DNA of 64,000 nucleotides from Acidobacteriota bacterium (lineage in GTDB: Bacteria; Acidobacteriota; JAAYUB01). The DNA lies in NCBI GenBank assembly GCA_012517875.1, contig JAAYUB010000017.1:84943-148942 (forward strand). The letters are read 5' to 3'. Each line of letters opens with the position of its first letter. Positions within the stretch are counted from its first letter, which is position 1. Below the pieces are notes generated by a model. That model was not told the DNA's origin, made no database searches, and saw only the letters and a program-made list of their open reading frames with translations. Both the position numbers and the translations under genes were made by a program. Shown piece after piece: positions 44,653 through 56,000 of this stretch.

Positions 44653-46523
44653 GTGTCGACCCCCCCGTCGAGCTCCCGCAACGGGAGCCGGGCCATGCGC
44701 GCCCCGCTTGGCAGCGCGCCCTGGTCAGCGGGGAGAACCTGCTGGTGGTGCTGCCGTTGGCCGCGCTGGTGGTGTTGCCACTGGCTGAAATCGTTCTTCG
44801 GGCTCTGTTCCGCACCGGCATTTCCGGCTCCAGCACCATCGTGCAGCACATGTGCCTGTTCGTGGGCATGTTCGGCGGCGCCATCGCCGCCCGCGAAAAC
44901 CGGCTGCTGTCACTGTCCACCGTCACCACCTTTTTGAGCGGCCGCGCCAAATCCACGGCCCGGCTTATCAGTAGCAGCGTCGCGGCGGCGGTCACCCTGT
45001 TCCTGTGCGTCGCCAGCTTCGAATACATCCAGGCGATGCGCCCGCTCGCCAAGGTGCTGGTGTACGGAATCCCGGTATGGGTCGTCCAGCTCGTGCTGCC
45101 GGTGGGCTTCGCCCTGGTGGTGCTCCGCCTGATCTGGCACGCCGGTTCCGGGTGGCGAGAGCGCGTCATCGCCTGCGCGCTGGCTGCCGGCCTGGCGGTG
45201 CTGGCCGTCGGGCTGCCGTTCGAGCCCGAGCTGCTCATGGTGCCGGCGCTGGTGGTGCTGGGCTTCGCCATCCTGCTGGGCGCCCCCGTGTTCACAGCCC
45301 TGGGCGGCGCCGCCCTCATCCTGTTCTGGGGACAGGGCGAACCCACCCTCTCCATCCCGCTGAAGCATTACGGGCTGGTGACCAATCCCACCCTGCCCAG
45401 CATTCCGCTGTTCACGCTGGCCGGGTATTTCCTCGCCGAAGGGGGCGCGTCGCGACGGCTGGTCCGCGTGTTCCAGACCCTGGTGGGCGCATTTCGCGGC
45501 GGACCGGCGTTGGTGGCCGTGCTGGTCTGCGCTTTCTTCACCTCGTTCACCGGCGCCTCAGGCGTGACGATCCTGGCCCTGGGCGGCCTGCTTATGCCCG
45601 TGCTGCTCGCCGCCGGCTACCGCGAGCGTCCCGCGCTGGGTCTGCTCACCGGCGCCGGTTCGCTGGGGCTCCTGTTTCCGCCGTGCCTGCCGCCGATCCT
45701 TTATGTCATCGTGGCCAACACCAGTGCTCAGGCCAACATCACCATCCAGCAGATCTTTCTCGGCGGTATGGGACCGGGCGTCCTGCTGGTGATCCTGACG
45801 GCCTGGTGGGGGATGCGCCAGGGGCCGAGGATCAAATCGGGCGGCCGCCTCATCGACTGGCGCGAGGCCGGATCAGCGGTCTGGGCCGCCAAGTGGGAAC
45901 TGCTCATCCCGGTGGTGGCGCTGGCGGCGCTGTTTTCCGGCTACGCCACGCCCGTGGAGGCGGCGGCGGTGACCGCCCTATACGCCTTTCTGTGCGAGAG
46001 CGTCATCCACCGGGACCTGCGCATCGTTCGCGACGTCCCCCGGGTCATGACCGAGTGCGGTCTGCTGGTGGGCGGCGTGTTGCTGATCCTCGGCGTCGCG
46101 CTGGGCTTCACCCATTTCCTCATCGATGCCCAGGTACCGGACCAGGCGGTGGAGTGGGTCACCGGCGCCATCCACTCCCGCTGGGTGTTTCTGCTTGCGG
46201 TCAACGTGTTGCTCCTCGTGGTGGGATGCCTGATGGACATTTTCTCCGCCATCGTGGTGGTGGTCCCGCTGCTGGTGCCGCTCGGCACCGCCTTTGGCAT
46301 CGATCCCGTCCACCTGGGCATCGTCTTCCTGGCCAATCTGGAGCTCGGATATCTGACGCCGCCGGTGGGCATGAACCTGTTCCTGTCCTCCTACCGATTC
46401 GGCAAACCCATGCCCGAAGTCATTCGGGCCATCATCCCGATTCTGATCGTTCTGCTGCTGGGCGTGCTCCTCATCACCTATGTGCCCCCGCTCACCACCT
46501 GGCTGCCCCGCTGGCTGGGCTGA
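44649..46523 (+). CDS. TRAP transporter fused permease (DctQ-DctM fusion)
   Basis: 624 aa, polytopic. An N-terminal DctQ-like 4-TM part is followed by a DctM-like 12-TM part. Confidence 0.88.
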   Translation: MSVDPPVELPQREPGHARPAWQRALVSGENLLVVLPLAALVVLPLAEIVLRALFRTGISGSSTIVQHMCLFVGMFGGAIAARENRLLSLSTVTTFLSGRAKSTARLISSSVAAAVTLFLCVASFEYIQAMRPLAKVLVYGIPVWVVQLVLPVGFALVVLRLIWHAGSGWRERVIACALAAGLAVLAVGLPFEPELLMVPALVVLGFAILLGAPVFTALGGAALILFWGQGEPTLSIPLKHYGLVTNPTLPSIPLFTLAGYFLAEGGASRRLVRVFQTLVGAFRGGPALVAVLVCAFFTSFTGASGVTILALGGLLMPVLLAAGYRERPALGLLTGAGSLGLLFPPCLPPILYVIVANTSAQANITIQQIFLGGMGPGVLLVILTAWWGMRQGPRIKSGGRLIDWREAGSAVWAAKWELLIPVVALAALFSGYATPVEAAAVTALYAFLCESVIHRDLRIVRDVPRVMTECGLLVGGVLLILGVALGFTHFLIDAQVPDQAVEWVTGAIHSRWVFLLAVNVLLLVVGCLMDIFSAIVVVVPLLVPLGTAFGIDPVHLGIVFLANLELGYLTPPVGMNLFLSSYRFGKPMPEVIRAIIPILIVLLLGVLLITYVPPLTTWLPRWLG

Positions 46524-46638
46524 CAGCCACCGCCCACGACCTTCATCGTTCCCAAGGCTCCCTGATTCTGCTAAGATAGCGGGCGTTGGTGTCACCAATT
46601 CATGGATAACCATTCCACATTCATATCCAGGAGGATGT

Positions 46639-48162
46639 ATGGCCATCGTATTGGACGGTAAATCCCTGACCATCGATCGGCTGGTCCAGATCGCCCGCCA
46701 CGGCGAGAAGGTGGCGCTCAGCACCGACGCCCTGGAGCGGATCCGCGCCTGCCGCGGCATGCTGGAGGAAAAGATCCAGGCCCATGAGATCATGTACGGC
46801 GTGAACACCGGCATCGGCGAATTTTCCGAGGTGGTGCTCAACGACGAGCAGGTCATGCAGTTCCAGAAGTACTTGATCTACAATCACGCAGCCGGCATCG
46901 GCGACCCCGCCCCCATCGAATACGTCCGCGGCGCCATGGCCGGACGCATCAACGTGCACGCCCACGGGAAGTCCGGCTGCCGGCCCGAGATCACCCAGAC
47001 GTTCGTGGAGATGCTCAACAGGGGCGTCACCCCCGTCGTCTGCCAGAAAGGCTCGGTGGGCGCCTGCGGCGACTTGGCGCCCATGTCCCAGATCGCCCTC
47101 CTGCTCATGGGCGAGGGCGAAGCCTGGTACCAGGGCGAGCGGCTGCCCGGCGCCGAGGCCATGCGCCGCGCCGGCATCCCGGTCCCGGGCCTGATGGCGC
47201 GCGACGGCCTGGCCGCCATCAACGGCTCCAACTTGATCACCGCGATGAGCGCCATCCAGCTCTACGACATGAACCGGTGGCTCAAGCAGGCCGAGATCGC
47301 CTGCGCCATGTCCCTCGAAGCCCTCTATGCCAACCTGAAGCCGTACGACGTGCGCCTGCACCAGGTCCGGGGATTCCCGGGCGCCGTGCGGAGCGCCCAG
47401 GCGATCATGAAGTGCATCGAGGGGAGCGACCTGCAGACCGGCAAGCTGAAGATGAAAGTCCAGGACGCCTACTCCATGCGCTCCAGCCCGCAGGTGATCG
47501 GCGCCGCCCACGACGCCCTGGCCTTCGCCCGCCAGCAGGTGGAGATCGAGCTCAACGGCGTCGGCGACAATCCCATCTTCTTGCCCGAGCATCGGCTCAC
47601 CCTGACCGGCGCCAATTTCCAAGGCACCCCGGTGTGCCTGCCCATGGACATGGTGGGCGCTGCCATCACCACGGTCTGCGTGATGTCGGAACGCCGGCTC
47701 AACCGCCTGACCAACCCCGCGCTCAGCGTGGGGCTCCCGCCGTTCCTGACCAAGGGCGCCGGCATGTTCTCCGGCATGATGCTCAGCCAGTACACCGCCG
47801 ACAGCCTCATCGTGGAACAGCGCATCCTGTCGATGCCGGCCAGCACCCAGTCCATCCCGGCCGCCGCTGACCAGGAGGACTTCGTGTCCATGGGCATGAA
47901 TACGGCGATCAAGAACCACCAGATCTTCGACAACGCCTGCGGCGTGCTGGGCATCGAGTTCATGGCCGCCGCCCAGGGACTGGACTTCCGGACCTTCACG
48001 CCGGGCAAGGGCGTCCGGGCGGCGCACGGCGTGGTTCGCAAATACGTCGCCCATCTCGGCGAGGATCGGCCGCTCTATCCCGACCACACCCGGATGAAGG
48101 AGCTGGTGCGCTCCTGCGAGATCCTGGATGTGGTGGAGCAGGCCGTCGGCAGTCTCGAATAG
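46639..48162 (+). CDS. aromatic amino acid ammonia-lyase family protein (histidine/phenylalanine/tyrosine ammonia-lyase fold)
   Basis: 507 aa from ATG 46639 (RBS AGGAGGA). HAL/PAL family motifs …YGVNTGIGEF… and GSVGACGDLAPMSQ. The MIO triad position reads Ala-Cys-Gly (TGC at 47065-47067). TAG stop. Confidence 0.85.
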   Translation: MAIVLDGKSLTIDRLVQIARHGEKVALSTDALERIRACRGMLEEKIQAHEIMYGVNTGIGEFSEVVLNDEQVMQFQKYLIYNHAAGIGDPAPIEYVRGAMAGRINVHAHGKSGCRPEITQTFVEMLNRGVTPVVCQKGSVGACGDLAPMSQIALLLMGEGEAWYQGERLPGAEAMRRAGIPVPGLMARDGLAAINGSNLITAMSAIQLYDMNRWLKQAEIACAMSLEALYANLKPYDVRLHQVRGFPGAVRSAQAIMKCIEGSDLQTGKLKMKVQDAYSMRSSPQVIGAAHDALAFARQQVEIELNGVGDNPIFLPEHRLTLTGANFQGTPVCLPMDMVGAAITTVCVMSERRLNRLTNPALSVGLPPFLTKGAGMFSGMMLSQYTADSLIVEQRILSMPASTQSIPAAADQEDFVSMGMNTAIKNHQIFDNACGVLGIEFMAAAQGLDFRTFTPGKGVRAAHGVVRKYVAHLGEDRPLYPDHTRMKELVRSCEILDVVEQAVGSLE

Positions 48163-48231
48163 CGGATTCTCCCACCGGCCGCCGGGCGGTTTTCCGCCCG
48201 GTGGCCGCCGATTCGTCGGCTGGCCACCGCC

Positions 48232-49800
48232 ATGAGACGCACCATTCTTCGAGCGGTTGTGTCGCTCCTGCTGCTGCTGGCGGCCCTGTCCGCCGGCTGT
48301 CACCGGCCGGACAACTGGCTTCGACTTGACGGCCGGTCCGAGCTGCGCATCGCCCTCCCCACCGGACCGCTCCATCTGGACCCCCACCTGGACGCGGAAG
48401 AGATCAGCAACATCTTCTACCACCACCTGTTCGATCCGCTCGTCTTCCTAGACGAGAACCTGACGTGCCGACCGTGGCTGGCATGTTCCTGGAGCAACCC
48501 TAACCCGCGCACATGGCTCTTCAACCTGCGCACCGACGCCGTCTTCCACGACGGGCGCCCCGTCACGGCCGCCGATGTGGCCTACAGCCTGGAGCGCATC
48601 CGGCAGCTCGGGCAGTCGCCCAAGCAGACGTTGCTCTCGTCCGTGCGATCCGTCCGGGCGGTGTCTCGCGGCACTGTCGAAATCACGACCCATGAGCCAT
48701 ACGCGCCGCTACTCGGCAAGCTCTCGCAGATCATGGTCGTGCCGGCCGACCGCTATCGCAACCGGCCTCTCCACGACACCAAGCGCAACCCGTTCGGCTC
48801 CGGCCCGTATCGGCTGGCCGCCCGCCATGGTGATCGAGAGTATCTCCTTGAGGCGGTGCCGAACCACTGGCATTTCCAGCGGTTGTTCCGTCGCGTGCGC
48901 ATCCGGGTGGAGCCCGACGACGCGGCCCGAGCCGAGCTGCTGGTGCAGGGCCGGGTGGACCTGATCTCGGCGCCGGCGCCCGGTCAGATCCCGGCCCTGC
49001 GGGCCGACGGCCGCTTCACCGCCCCGGTCTCGCCGGGGCTGCGCCTGGTTTATCTGGGGCTCACGTTCCGCGCACAGCTCGCCGACGGCCGGCCCAACCC
49101 CTTCCGCGAGGCCGCGGTGCGCCGCGCGGTATCCATGGCATTGGACCGGACTCGGCTGACCACCGGGCCGCTGGAACACATGGGGGAGCCCGCCGTCCAG
49201 GTCGTCTCCCGGTCGGTGTTTGGGTATACTCCCGACGCCGCGCATCCCGGCCATGACCCGGAACAGGCCCGCGCGCTCTTGCGCCAAGCCTGGCGTCCCC
49301 GGGGGAGCGCCGTCGAACTGCGCTACCCCCGTGCCAAGTACTTCCGCGTGCGTGAGGTGGCCGAGGAGTGCGTTCGGCAGTTGGCGGGCGTCGGCATCTC
49401 GGCCACCCCGGTCGGGATCGACAAGCTGTCCTATCTCCAGCCTGTGGAGACATCCCGGTCCGACATGTTTCTGGCGAGCTGGATTCCCCTGACCGGCGAC
49501 GCTTCCGACATCTTCGAGGCCTGTTTTCATTCCCGCGGCCGGGATCCCAACTTCGGCTGGTACAACATCGTCGGCTACCGCAACCCGGAGCTCGACCGGA
49601 TGATCGCCGCCAGCACCCGGACGGCTGACCGGCAGCAACGTCTGGAACTGCTGCAGCGGATCCTGATTCGAGCTCAAGCGGATAATATTTGGATTCCCCT
49701 GTACTTCCAGAAAGACAGCTACGCCCTCCGGCGGGAGCTGATCTGGCGGCCCCGCCTCGACCGCTACATCCTGGCGTTCGAGGTGGAGGTCCGACCCTGA
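48232..49800 (+). CDS. ABC-type substrate-binding lipoprotein, family 5 (SBP_bac_5), orphan
   Basis: 522 aa. Lipoprotein signal MRRTILRAVVSLLLLLAALSAGC. No adjacent ABC permease or ATPase. Confidence 0.82.
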   Translation: MRRTILRAVVSLLLLLAALSAGCHRPDNWLRLDGRSELRIALPTGPLHLDPHLDAEEISNIFYHHLFDPLVFLDENLTCRPWLACSWSNPNPRTWLFNLRTDAVFHDGRPVTAADVAYSLERIRQLGQSPKQTLLSSVRSVRAVSRGTVEITTHEPYAPLLGKLSQIMVVPADRYRNRPLHDTKRNPFGSGPYRLAARHGDREYLLEAVPNHWHFQRLFRRVRIRVEPDDAARAELLVQGRVDLISAPAPGQIPALRADGRFTAPVSPGLRLVYLGLTFRAQLADGRPNPFREAAVRRAVSMALDRTRLTTGPLEHMGEPAVQVVSRSVFGYTPDAAHPGHDPEQARALLRQAWRPRGSAVELRYPRAKYFRVREVAEECVRQLAGVGISATPVGIDKLSYLQPVETSRSDMFLASWIPLTGDASDIFEACFHSRGRDPNFGWYNIVGYRNPELDRMIAASTRTADRQQRLELLQRILIRAQADNIWIPLYFQKDSYALRRELIWRPRLDRYILAFEVEVRP

Positions 49801-49891
49801 TCGTCGGCCCCGCACACCAAGTCACTTGACGCCCGGCGCGCTTGGTGGCATTGTATCCTTTTATTCATCGCCGCGCCCGACGGGAGGAACC

Positions 49892-51406
49892 GTGCCGACT
49901 CACTCAGGTTTCGACAACGACAGGTATTTGCGCGAACAGACCGCCGCCATCCTGGAGCGGGTGCACCGGTTCAACGACAAGCTGTACCTCGAATTCGGCG
50001 GCAAGCTGCTCTTCGACCTCCATGCCGCCCGGGTGCTGCCCGGGTACGATCCCAACGTCAAGATGCGGCTGCTGCACCAGCTTCGCGACCAGGCCGACAT
50101 CATCCTCTGCATCTTCGCCGGCGACATCGAAAAGCGCAAGGTGCGCGCCGACTTCGGCATCAGCTACGACGCCGACGCCCTCAAGCTCATCGACGACCTG
50201 GCCGACTGGGGCATCGAGATCACGGCCGTGGTCATCACCCGCTATGACGACCAGCCGGCCGCCCGGATTTTCAAGAACAAGCTGGAGCGGCGCCAGGTGC
50301 GCGTCTACACCCACCGCGCCACCCCCGGCTACCCCACCGACATCGACCGGATCGTGAGCGACGCGGGTTACGGCGCCAACCCCTACATCGAAACCACCAA
50401 GCCGCTGGTCGTCGTGACGGGGCCCGGCCCCGGCAGCGGCAAGCTGGCCACCTGCTTGGCCCAGCTTTACCACGACTACCGCCGCGGCCGCTCGGCGGGC
50501 TACGCCAAGTTCGAGACGTTTCCCATCTGGAATCTGCCCCTGAAGCATCCGGTCAACGTCGCCTACGAGGCCGCCACCGCCGAACTGCGGGATGTCAACG
50601 TCATCGACCCGCACCATCTCGAGATCTATGGCCAGACCACCGTCAACTACAACCGCGACGTCGAGATCTTTCCCGCCCTGAAGCGGATCATGGAGAAGAT
50701 CACCGGCGCGGCCTCGCCCTACAACTCCCCCACCGACATGGGCGTCAACCGCTGCGGGTTCGGCATCGTCGACGACGCCGCGGTCCAGGCCGCCTCCCGT
50801 CAGGAGATCATCCGCCGCTACTTTCGCTATGCCTGCGAGTACATGCTGGGTCTGGTGGACCGCGAGACCGCCCAGCGCGTGGAGCTGCTGATGCGGGACA
50901 ACGGGCTCACTCCCGAAGACCGGCCGGTGGTGAATCCCGCCCGCGTCGCCGCCCGCGCCGCCGAAGAGGGCGGCAAGGGGCACGACGGCATCTTCTGCGG
51001 CGCGGCGGTGGAGCTGCCCGACGGCTTTGTGGTGGACGGGAAGAATTCACCCCTCATGCACGCGGCCTCGAGTCTGGTGCTCAACGCCGTCAAGCGGCTG
51101 GCGGGGATCCCGGACCAGATCCACCTGCTCTCCCCCACCATCATCGATTCCATCGCCAGCCTGAAACGGCAGGTGTTCGGGAAGGATGTCAGCCTCGACC
51201 TCAACGAGACCCTCAACGCGCTGGCCATCAGCGCCACCACCAATCCAGCCGCACAGGTGGCCATCGACAAGCTGCGCGCCCTGCGGGGATGCGAGGCCCA
51301 TATCACCCACATCCCCGCTCCCGGCGACGAATCCGGTTTGCGCGATCTCGGCATCAATCTGACCTCCGATCCGCAGTTTTCCAGTCACCGGCTGTTCGTC
51401 CGCTGA
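49892..51406 (+). CDS. UPF0371/DUF1846 family protein (function unknown)
   Basis: ~504 aa from GTG 49892 (GGAGG, 4-nt spacer). The N-terminus GFDNDRYLREQTAAILERV resembles UPF0371 proteins. The start codon is uncertain. Confidence 0.7.
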   Translation: MPTHSGFDNDRYLREQTAAILERVHRFNDKLYLEFGGKLLFDLHAARVLPGYDPNVKMRLLHQLRDQADIILCIFAGDIEKRKVRADFGISYDADALKLIDDLADWGIEITAVVITRYDDQPAARIFKNKLERRQVRVYTHRATPGYPTDIDRIVSDAGYGANPYIETTKPLVVVTGPGPGSGKLATCLAQLYHDYRRGRSAGYAKFETFPIWNLPLKHPVNVAYEAATAELRDVNVIDPHHLEIYGQTTVNYNRDVEIFPALKRIMEKITGAASPYNSPTDMGVNRCGFGIVDDAAVQAASRQEIIRRYFRYACEYMLGLVDRETAQRVELLMRDNGLTPEDRPVVNPARVAARAAEEGGKGHDGIFCGAAVELPDGFVVDGKNSPLMHAASSLVLNAVKRLAGIPDQIHLLSPTIIDSIASLKRQVFGKDVSLDLNETLNALAISATTNPAAQVAIDKLRALRGCEAHITHIPAPGDESGLRDLGINLTSDPQFSSHRLFVR

Positions 51407-51607
51407 TCCCCGGGACCGTCCACCGATTCACCCAAACACGTCGGTGGTCCGCCTGCACGCCACAGCTCATCCCGCCCACAATCCCTGTTGTCCCTCGCCG
51501 GATCCGCTTCGTCCCGTCATCGCACCACTCGGCCCGCGGGAACTGAACTATCCCCGTTTCTCGCGCGTATTGGTTCACAGTAATTCATGACAGCGGGAGA
51601 AACGGTC

Positions 51608-52870
51608 ATGCTGAAGAAACTATCCACACGAGTCAAGGTTTACATGTTTCTGGGCTTCTGCGCCATCCTGGTGATCGGCGCAGTCGCTCTGAACAGCACT
51701 TCCAAAACCGCCGCAGCCGCTTCGAAGCCGAAAGCCGGCCAGAGCCCGGACGGCGACAAGGAGGCGGTGCCGGTGGAACTGGCCGCGGTCCAGCGGGGCG
51801 AGATCTCGTCGATCATCACCGCCAGCACCAACCTGCGCGCCTTGCGCGAGGTCGACGTGGTCAGTCAAACTGCCGGAATCGTTCACCGGTTGTCGGCCGA
51901 GGAGGGCGACTACGTCCAGTCGGGCGCCGTGCTCTGTGTGCTGGACGATGCGGAGCTTCAGATCCGGTTTCAGTCCGCCCAGCAGAAACTGGCCCAGGCC
52001 AAACTCCAGTCGGAGAAAGCCGGCATCCAGCAGGAGAAAACCGCCGTCCAGATCGCCAACCAGAAGGAAGAGCTGGCCCGCTATCAGGAACTCTACCAGA
52101 ACCAGTTGGTCAGCGAGCACGAGGTCGCCCTGATCCGCTATCGCCTGAATGAGCTGGAACACGACGCCCGGGTGTCCGCATCCCAGAGCCGGGAGCTGAC
52201 CCACCGTGTGGCTGAGCTGGAAGCCGAACTGGCCCAGGTGTCCCTCGAAATCGCCCGCTGCCACATCAAGGCGCCGTTCAGCGGCTACATCGTCCAGCGC
52301 CAGGTGGAACTGGGTCGAACCGTACGTCCAATGGATGCATTGTTCAAGCTCAGCGCCTTCTCCCCTCTGTACGCCGACGTCTTTCTCTCCGAATCCGAAT
52401 GCCGGTCGGTCCTGAGCGGGCAGGCGGCCACGATTCGCCTGGGTGCCGACACCAGCGCCCATGCCTCGGGAACGGTGGCCCGGATCAGCCCGGTGGTGGA
52501 CCAGTCCTCCGGCACGGTCAAGGTGACTGTGGAACAGCGGCAACCTGAGCAGGGCTTCCGGCCCGGGGCGTTCGTCACGGTGCGGATTGAAACCGCCCGC
52601 CGCGCCGACGCCCTGCTGATCCCGAAGCGCGCCGTACTCGACGAAGACGGCGAGACGTACGTGTACACCGTGCAGAACCTTATCGCCCATCGCACGCCCG
52701 TCCGGCTCGGCACCGAAACCGGCGGCCAGGTGGAGATCCGTCAGGGCCTGCAGGAGAACCAGCAGGTCGTCGTGGCCGGCCAAGGCGGCCTCAAGGACGG
52801 CGGCAAGATCAAGATCGTCCAGGTCAAGGGGAAGAACGGCCAGAACCAGCTGGCTCGACTCCACAGCTAG
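51608..52870 (+). CDS. efflux RND transporter periplasmic adaptor subunit (MFP/HlyD family)
   Basis: 420 aa from ATG 51608 (GGGAGA, 7-nt spacer). TM anchor, coiled coil, and a beta-barrel/MP domain. TAG stop. Confidence 0.88.
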   Translation: MLKKLSTRVKVYMFLGFCAILVIGAVALNSTSKTAAAASKPKAGQSPDGDKEAVPVELAAVQRGEISSIITASTNLRALREVDVVSQTAGIVHRLSAEEGDYVQSGAVLCVLDDAELQIRFQSAQQKLAQAKLQSEKAGIQQEKTAVQIANQKEELARYQELYQNQLVSEHEVALIRYRLNELEHDARVSASQSRELTHRVAELEAELAQVSLEIARCHIKAPFSGYIVQRQVELGRTVRPMDALFKLSAFSPLYADVFLSESECRSVLSGQAATIRLGADTSAHASGTVARISPVVDQSSGTVKVTVEQRQPEQGFRPGAFVTVRIETARRADALLIPKRAVLDEDGETYVYTVQNLIAHRTPVRLGTETGGQVEIRQGLQENQQVVVAGQGGLKDGGKIKIVQVKGKNGQNQLARLHS

Positions 52871-53004
52871 GCGGATCCGGCCGAGGCGGGCGCCGCTGCC
52901 CCCTCGGCGACCGTTTGGGCAACGGCCCGCACCGAACCCGCCCGGAGTCCGTCTCCGAACCGGCGATCCCCGGCGCAGCCTGACCCCACGAACAGGAGGC
53001 TCTC

Positions 53005-56000
53005 ATGAACTATATCCGCGGCGCGATCTCCCGACCCGTCACCGTGTCCATGTTCGTGGTGGCGGTGATCCTGTTCGGGATCGTCTCGCTCGACCGTTTG
53101 GCGCTCAATCTGTTGCCCGACATCTCCTACCCGTCCCTGACCATCGACACCGCCTACACCGACGCAGCGCCGGAGGAGATCGAGAGCCTGATCACGCAGC
53201 CGGTCGAGGAGGCCGTCGGCGTGGTCTCCGGCCTCACCCGGATCAGTTCGGTCTCACGACCGGGGCAGTCCGAGGTGGTGCTGGAATTCAACTGGGACAC
53301 CGATATGGACCTGGCGGTGCTGGACGTGCGGGAGAAGCTCGACTTCGTGGAACTGCCCCGTGACGCAGAAAAATCCGTGATCCTCCGCTTCGATCCGTCC
53401 CGTGATCCCGTCATGCGCGTCCGGCTGCAGGGGCTGTCCGACCTGCGTATGCTCCGGTTTTTCGCTGAAAAGGAGTTGAAGAAGAACCTGGAAGCGATGG
53501 ACGGCGTGGCCGCGATCAAGGTGGTGGGCGGCCTCGAGGAAGAGGTCCAGATCAATATCGACGAGAAGAAGCTTGCCGAACTGGACATCCCCATCACCCA
53601 GGTCACGGACATCCTCCAGCGCGAGAACCTGAACATGGCCTCCGGCTCCCTGTACGACCAGGAATCGAGCTACATGGTCCGCACCCTGAACGAATTCAAG
53701 TCGCTCGAAGAAATGCGCCGGATCATCATCCGCGACGAGGGGGGACGGCAGGTGCGCTTGGAAGACATCGCTCAGGTGGTCCGCGGCGCCAAGGACCGCG
53801 AGGTGATCGCCCGGCTCAACGGGCGCGAGAGCGTCGAGGTGGCGATCTACAAGGAAGGCGACGCCAACACCGTCACCGTCTCCCGTGCCGTGACCCGCCG
53901 GCTGGCCTCGTTGCAGGAAGCCAAGATCATCCCGGCCGACGTGAGCTATGCCATCGTCGCCGATCAGGCGGACTTCATCGAGCAGGCCATCGGCGAAGTG
54001 CGCAGCAACGCCTGGATGGGCGGGCTGCTGGCGACCATCATCCTGTTCCTGTTCCTCAAGGACGTGCGCAGCACGTTGATGATCGGGCTGTCCATCCCCA
54101 TTTCCATCATGGCCACGTTCGCCCTGATGTACCAAACCGATCTGACGCTGAACATCATGTCACTGGGCGGTATCGCCCTGGGGATCGGTATGCTGGTGGA
54201 CAACTCCATCGTCGTGCTCGAAGCCATCGACCGGCACAAGCGGTCAGGGCTGGAACTGGCCGAAGCAGTGTACCGGGGCACGACAGAGGTCAGCATGGCC
54301 GTCACGGCGTCTACGCTGACCACGGTGGCGGTGTTCCTGCCGCTGGTCTTCGTGGAAGGAATCGCCGGCCAGCTCTTCACGGACCAGGCGCTGACCATCA
54401 CCTATTCGTTGCTGGCGTCGCTTGTGGTGGCCCTGACTGTGCTGCCCATGCTCATGGCGGTGCGCTTCCGCCGGGCAGAAGAGCTGTACGGCGCCGACCC
54501 CACGACGGAGACAGTGACCGCCACTGCGGAGCGGCTGCTAAGCAAGCGGCGCTGGCTCCGTCCTTTCCAGCAGCTGGAACGTTGGATCGTCCGCGGGATA
54601 CGGGCTTTGTTCCGCTTCATCTTCGGTGCCATCTTCCAGGTGGTCCTGGCCGACATACGCCGCATCATCGGCTGGATCGGCCGGCTGCTCGGCCGGGCCA
54701 TCCGGCCCGTGCTGGGGTCCTTTGACCGGGTGTTCCTCTCGCTGCAGCGAGCCTACCCGAACTGGCTGCGGCTGGCGTTGGACCACAAGGTCGTGGTGAT
54801 CGGGCTGACGCTCGTCGTCACGCTGGCCGCCGCCGGGCTCTACACCACGCTCGGCACCGAGCTGATTCCACCCCTGACCCAGGGCGAGTTCACCTTTGAA
54901 ATCCAGCTGCCGGAAGGAACATCCATCGAACACACGGACCGGCTCATGCAGGATGTCGAGGGCCGGATCAAACAATATCCGGAAGTGGCCACCGTTTTTT
55001 CCAGCATCGGCGGCTCCAACGAAAACCAGTTCGCCCGCCAGGTCCGCAAAGAAAACACCGCCGCCGTCTACCTCGTGATGAAAGACCGCTTGGACAAGGC
55101 CGCCGAAGCGCGGTGCATCGACCGGGTTCGCGGCGAGTTGGACACCCTGCCCGAGGTCTCCTACAAGTTCAGCCGACCGGCCCATTTCACCTTCAAGCGG
55201 CCGATCGAGGTGGAGGTCGTGACCTACGACCTGGAGCAATTGAAGACGCTTTCCCAGCGCACCGAGGGCATCCTGGCGAGAATCAACGGACTCGACGACA
55301 TCAAGACCACCGCCGAGATGGGCAATCCGGAAATTCACGTGATCTTCGACCGGGAGCGACTGGCTCGGCTCGGCCTGGACGAGAACCAGGTGGCCCGCGT
55401 CATCCGGAACAAGATCCGCGGCGACGTGGCCACTCGTTTCAAGGAGCAGGACAAGCAGATCGACATCATGGTGCGCGCGAACGAGTCCGACCGCACCACC
55501 GTGGCCCAGGTGAAGGAGCTCGTCATCAACTCCGCCGCTGCAGCCGATGCTCCAGCTCCGGCGGGGCTCGGTGTTCCGGTGAAGCTGGGCGCAGTGGCCG
55601 AGGTCGTCATGGCCCGCGGACCAAACGAGATCCACCACATCAAGTCGTCCCGGGCCGCGGTGCTTTCGGCCAATTTGTCGGGCCGTGACCTCGGGAGCGT
55701 TTCGGCAGAAATCAACCGGGAACTGCGCCGCCTGGCGCCGGAGCTCCCCGCCAACGCGACGGTCGCCCTGAGCGGTCAGAACGAGGAGCTCCAGACCGCC
55801 TATCGCAGCCTGCTGTTCGCCCTAGGGCTGGCCGCGTTCCTGGTCTACCTGGTCATGGCCGCCCAGTTCGAGTCGCTGGTCCATCCGTTCATCATCATGT
55901 TCACTGTGCCGCTCGGCGCAGTGGGCGCCGTTCTGGGTTTGGCCTTCACCGCCACCCCGGTCAGCGTGATGGTGTTCATCGGGATCATCATCCTGGTGGG

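Noticed and set aside
48163-48231. Hairpin ccgggcgg-tttt-ccgcccgg after the HAL gene as an intrinsic terminator.
   Set aside because: No downstream T-run and the next gene starts 30 nt later. It is more likely a stable stem within a short intercistronic spacer.
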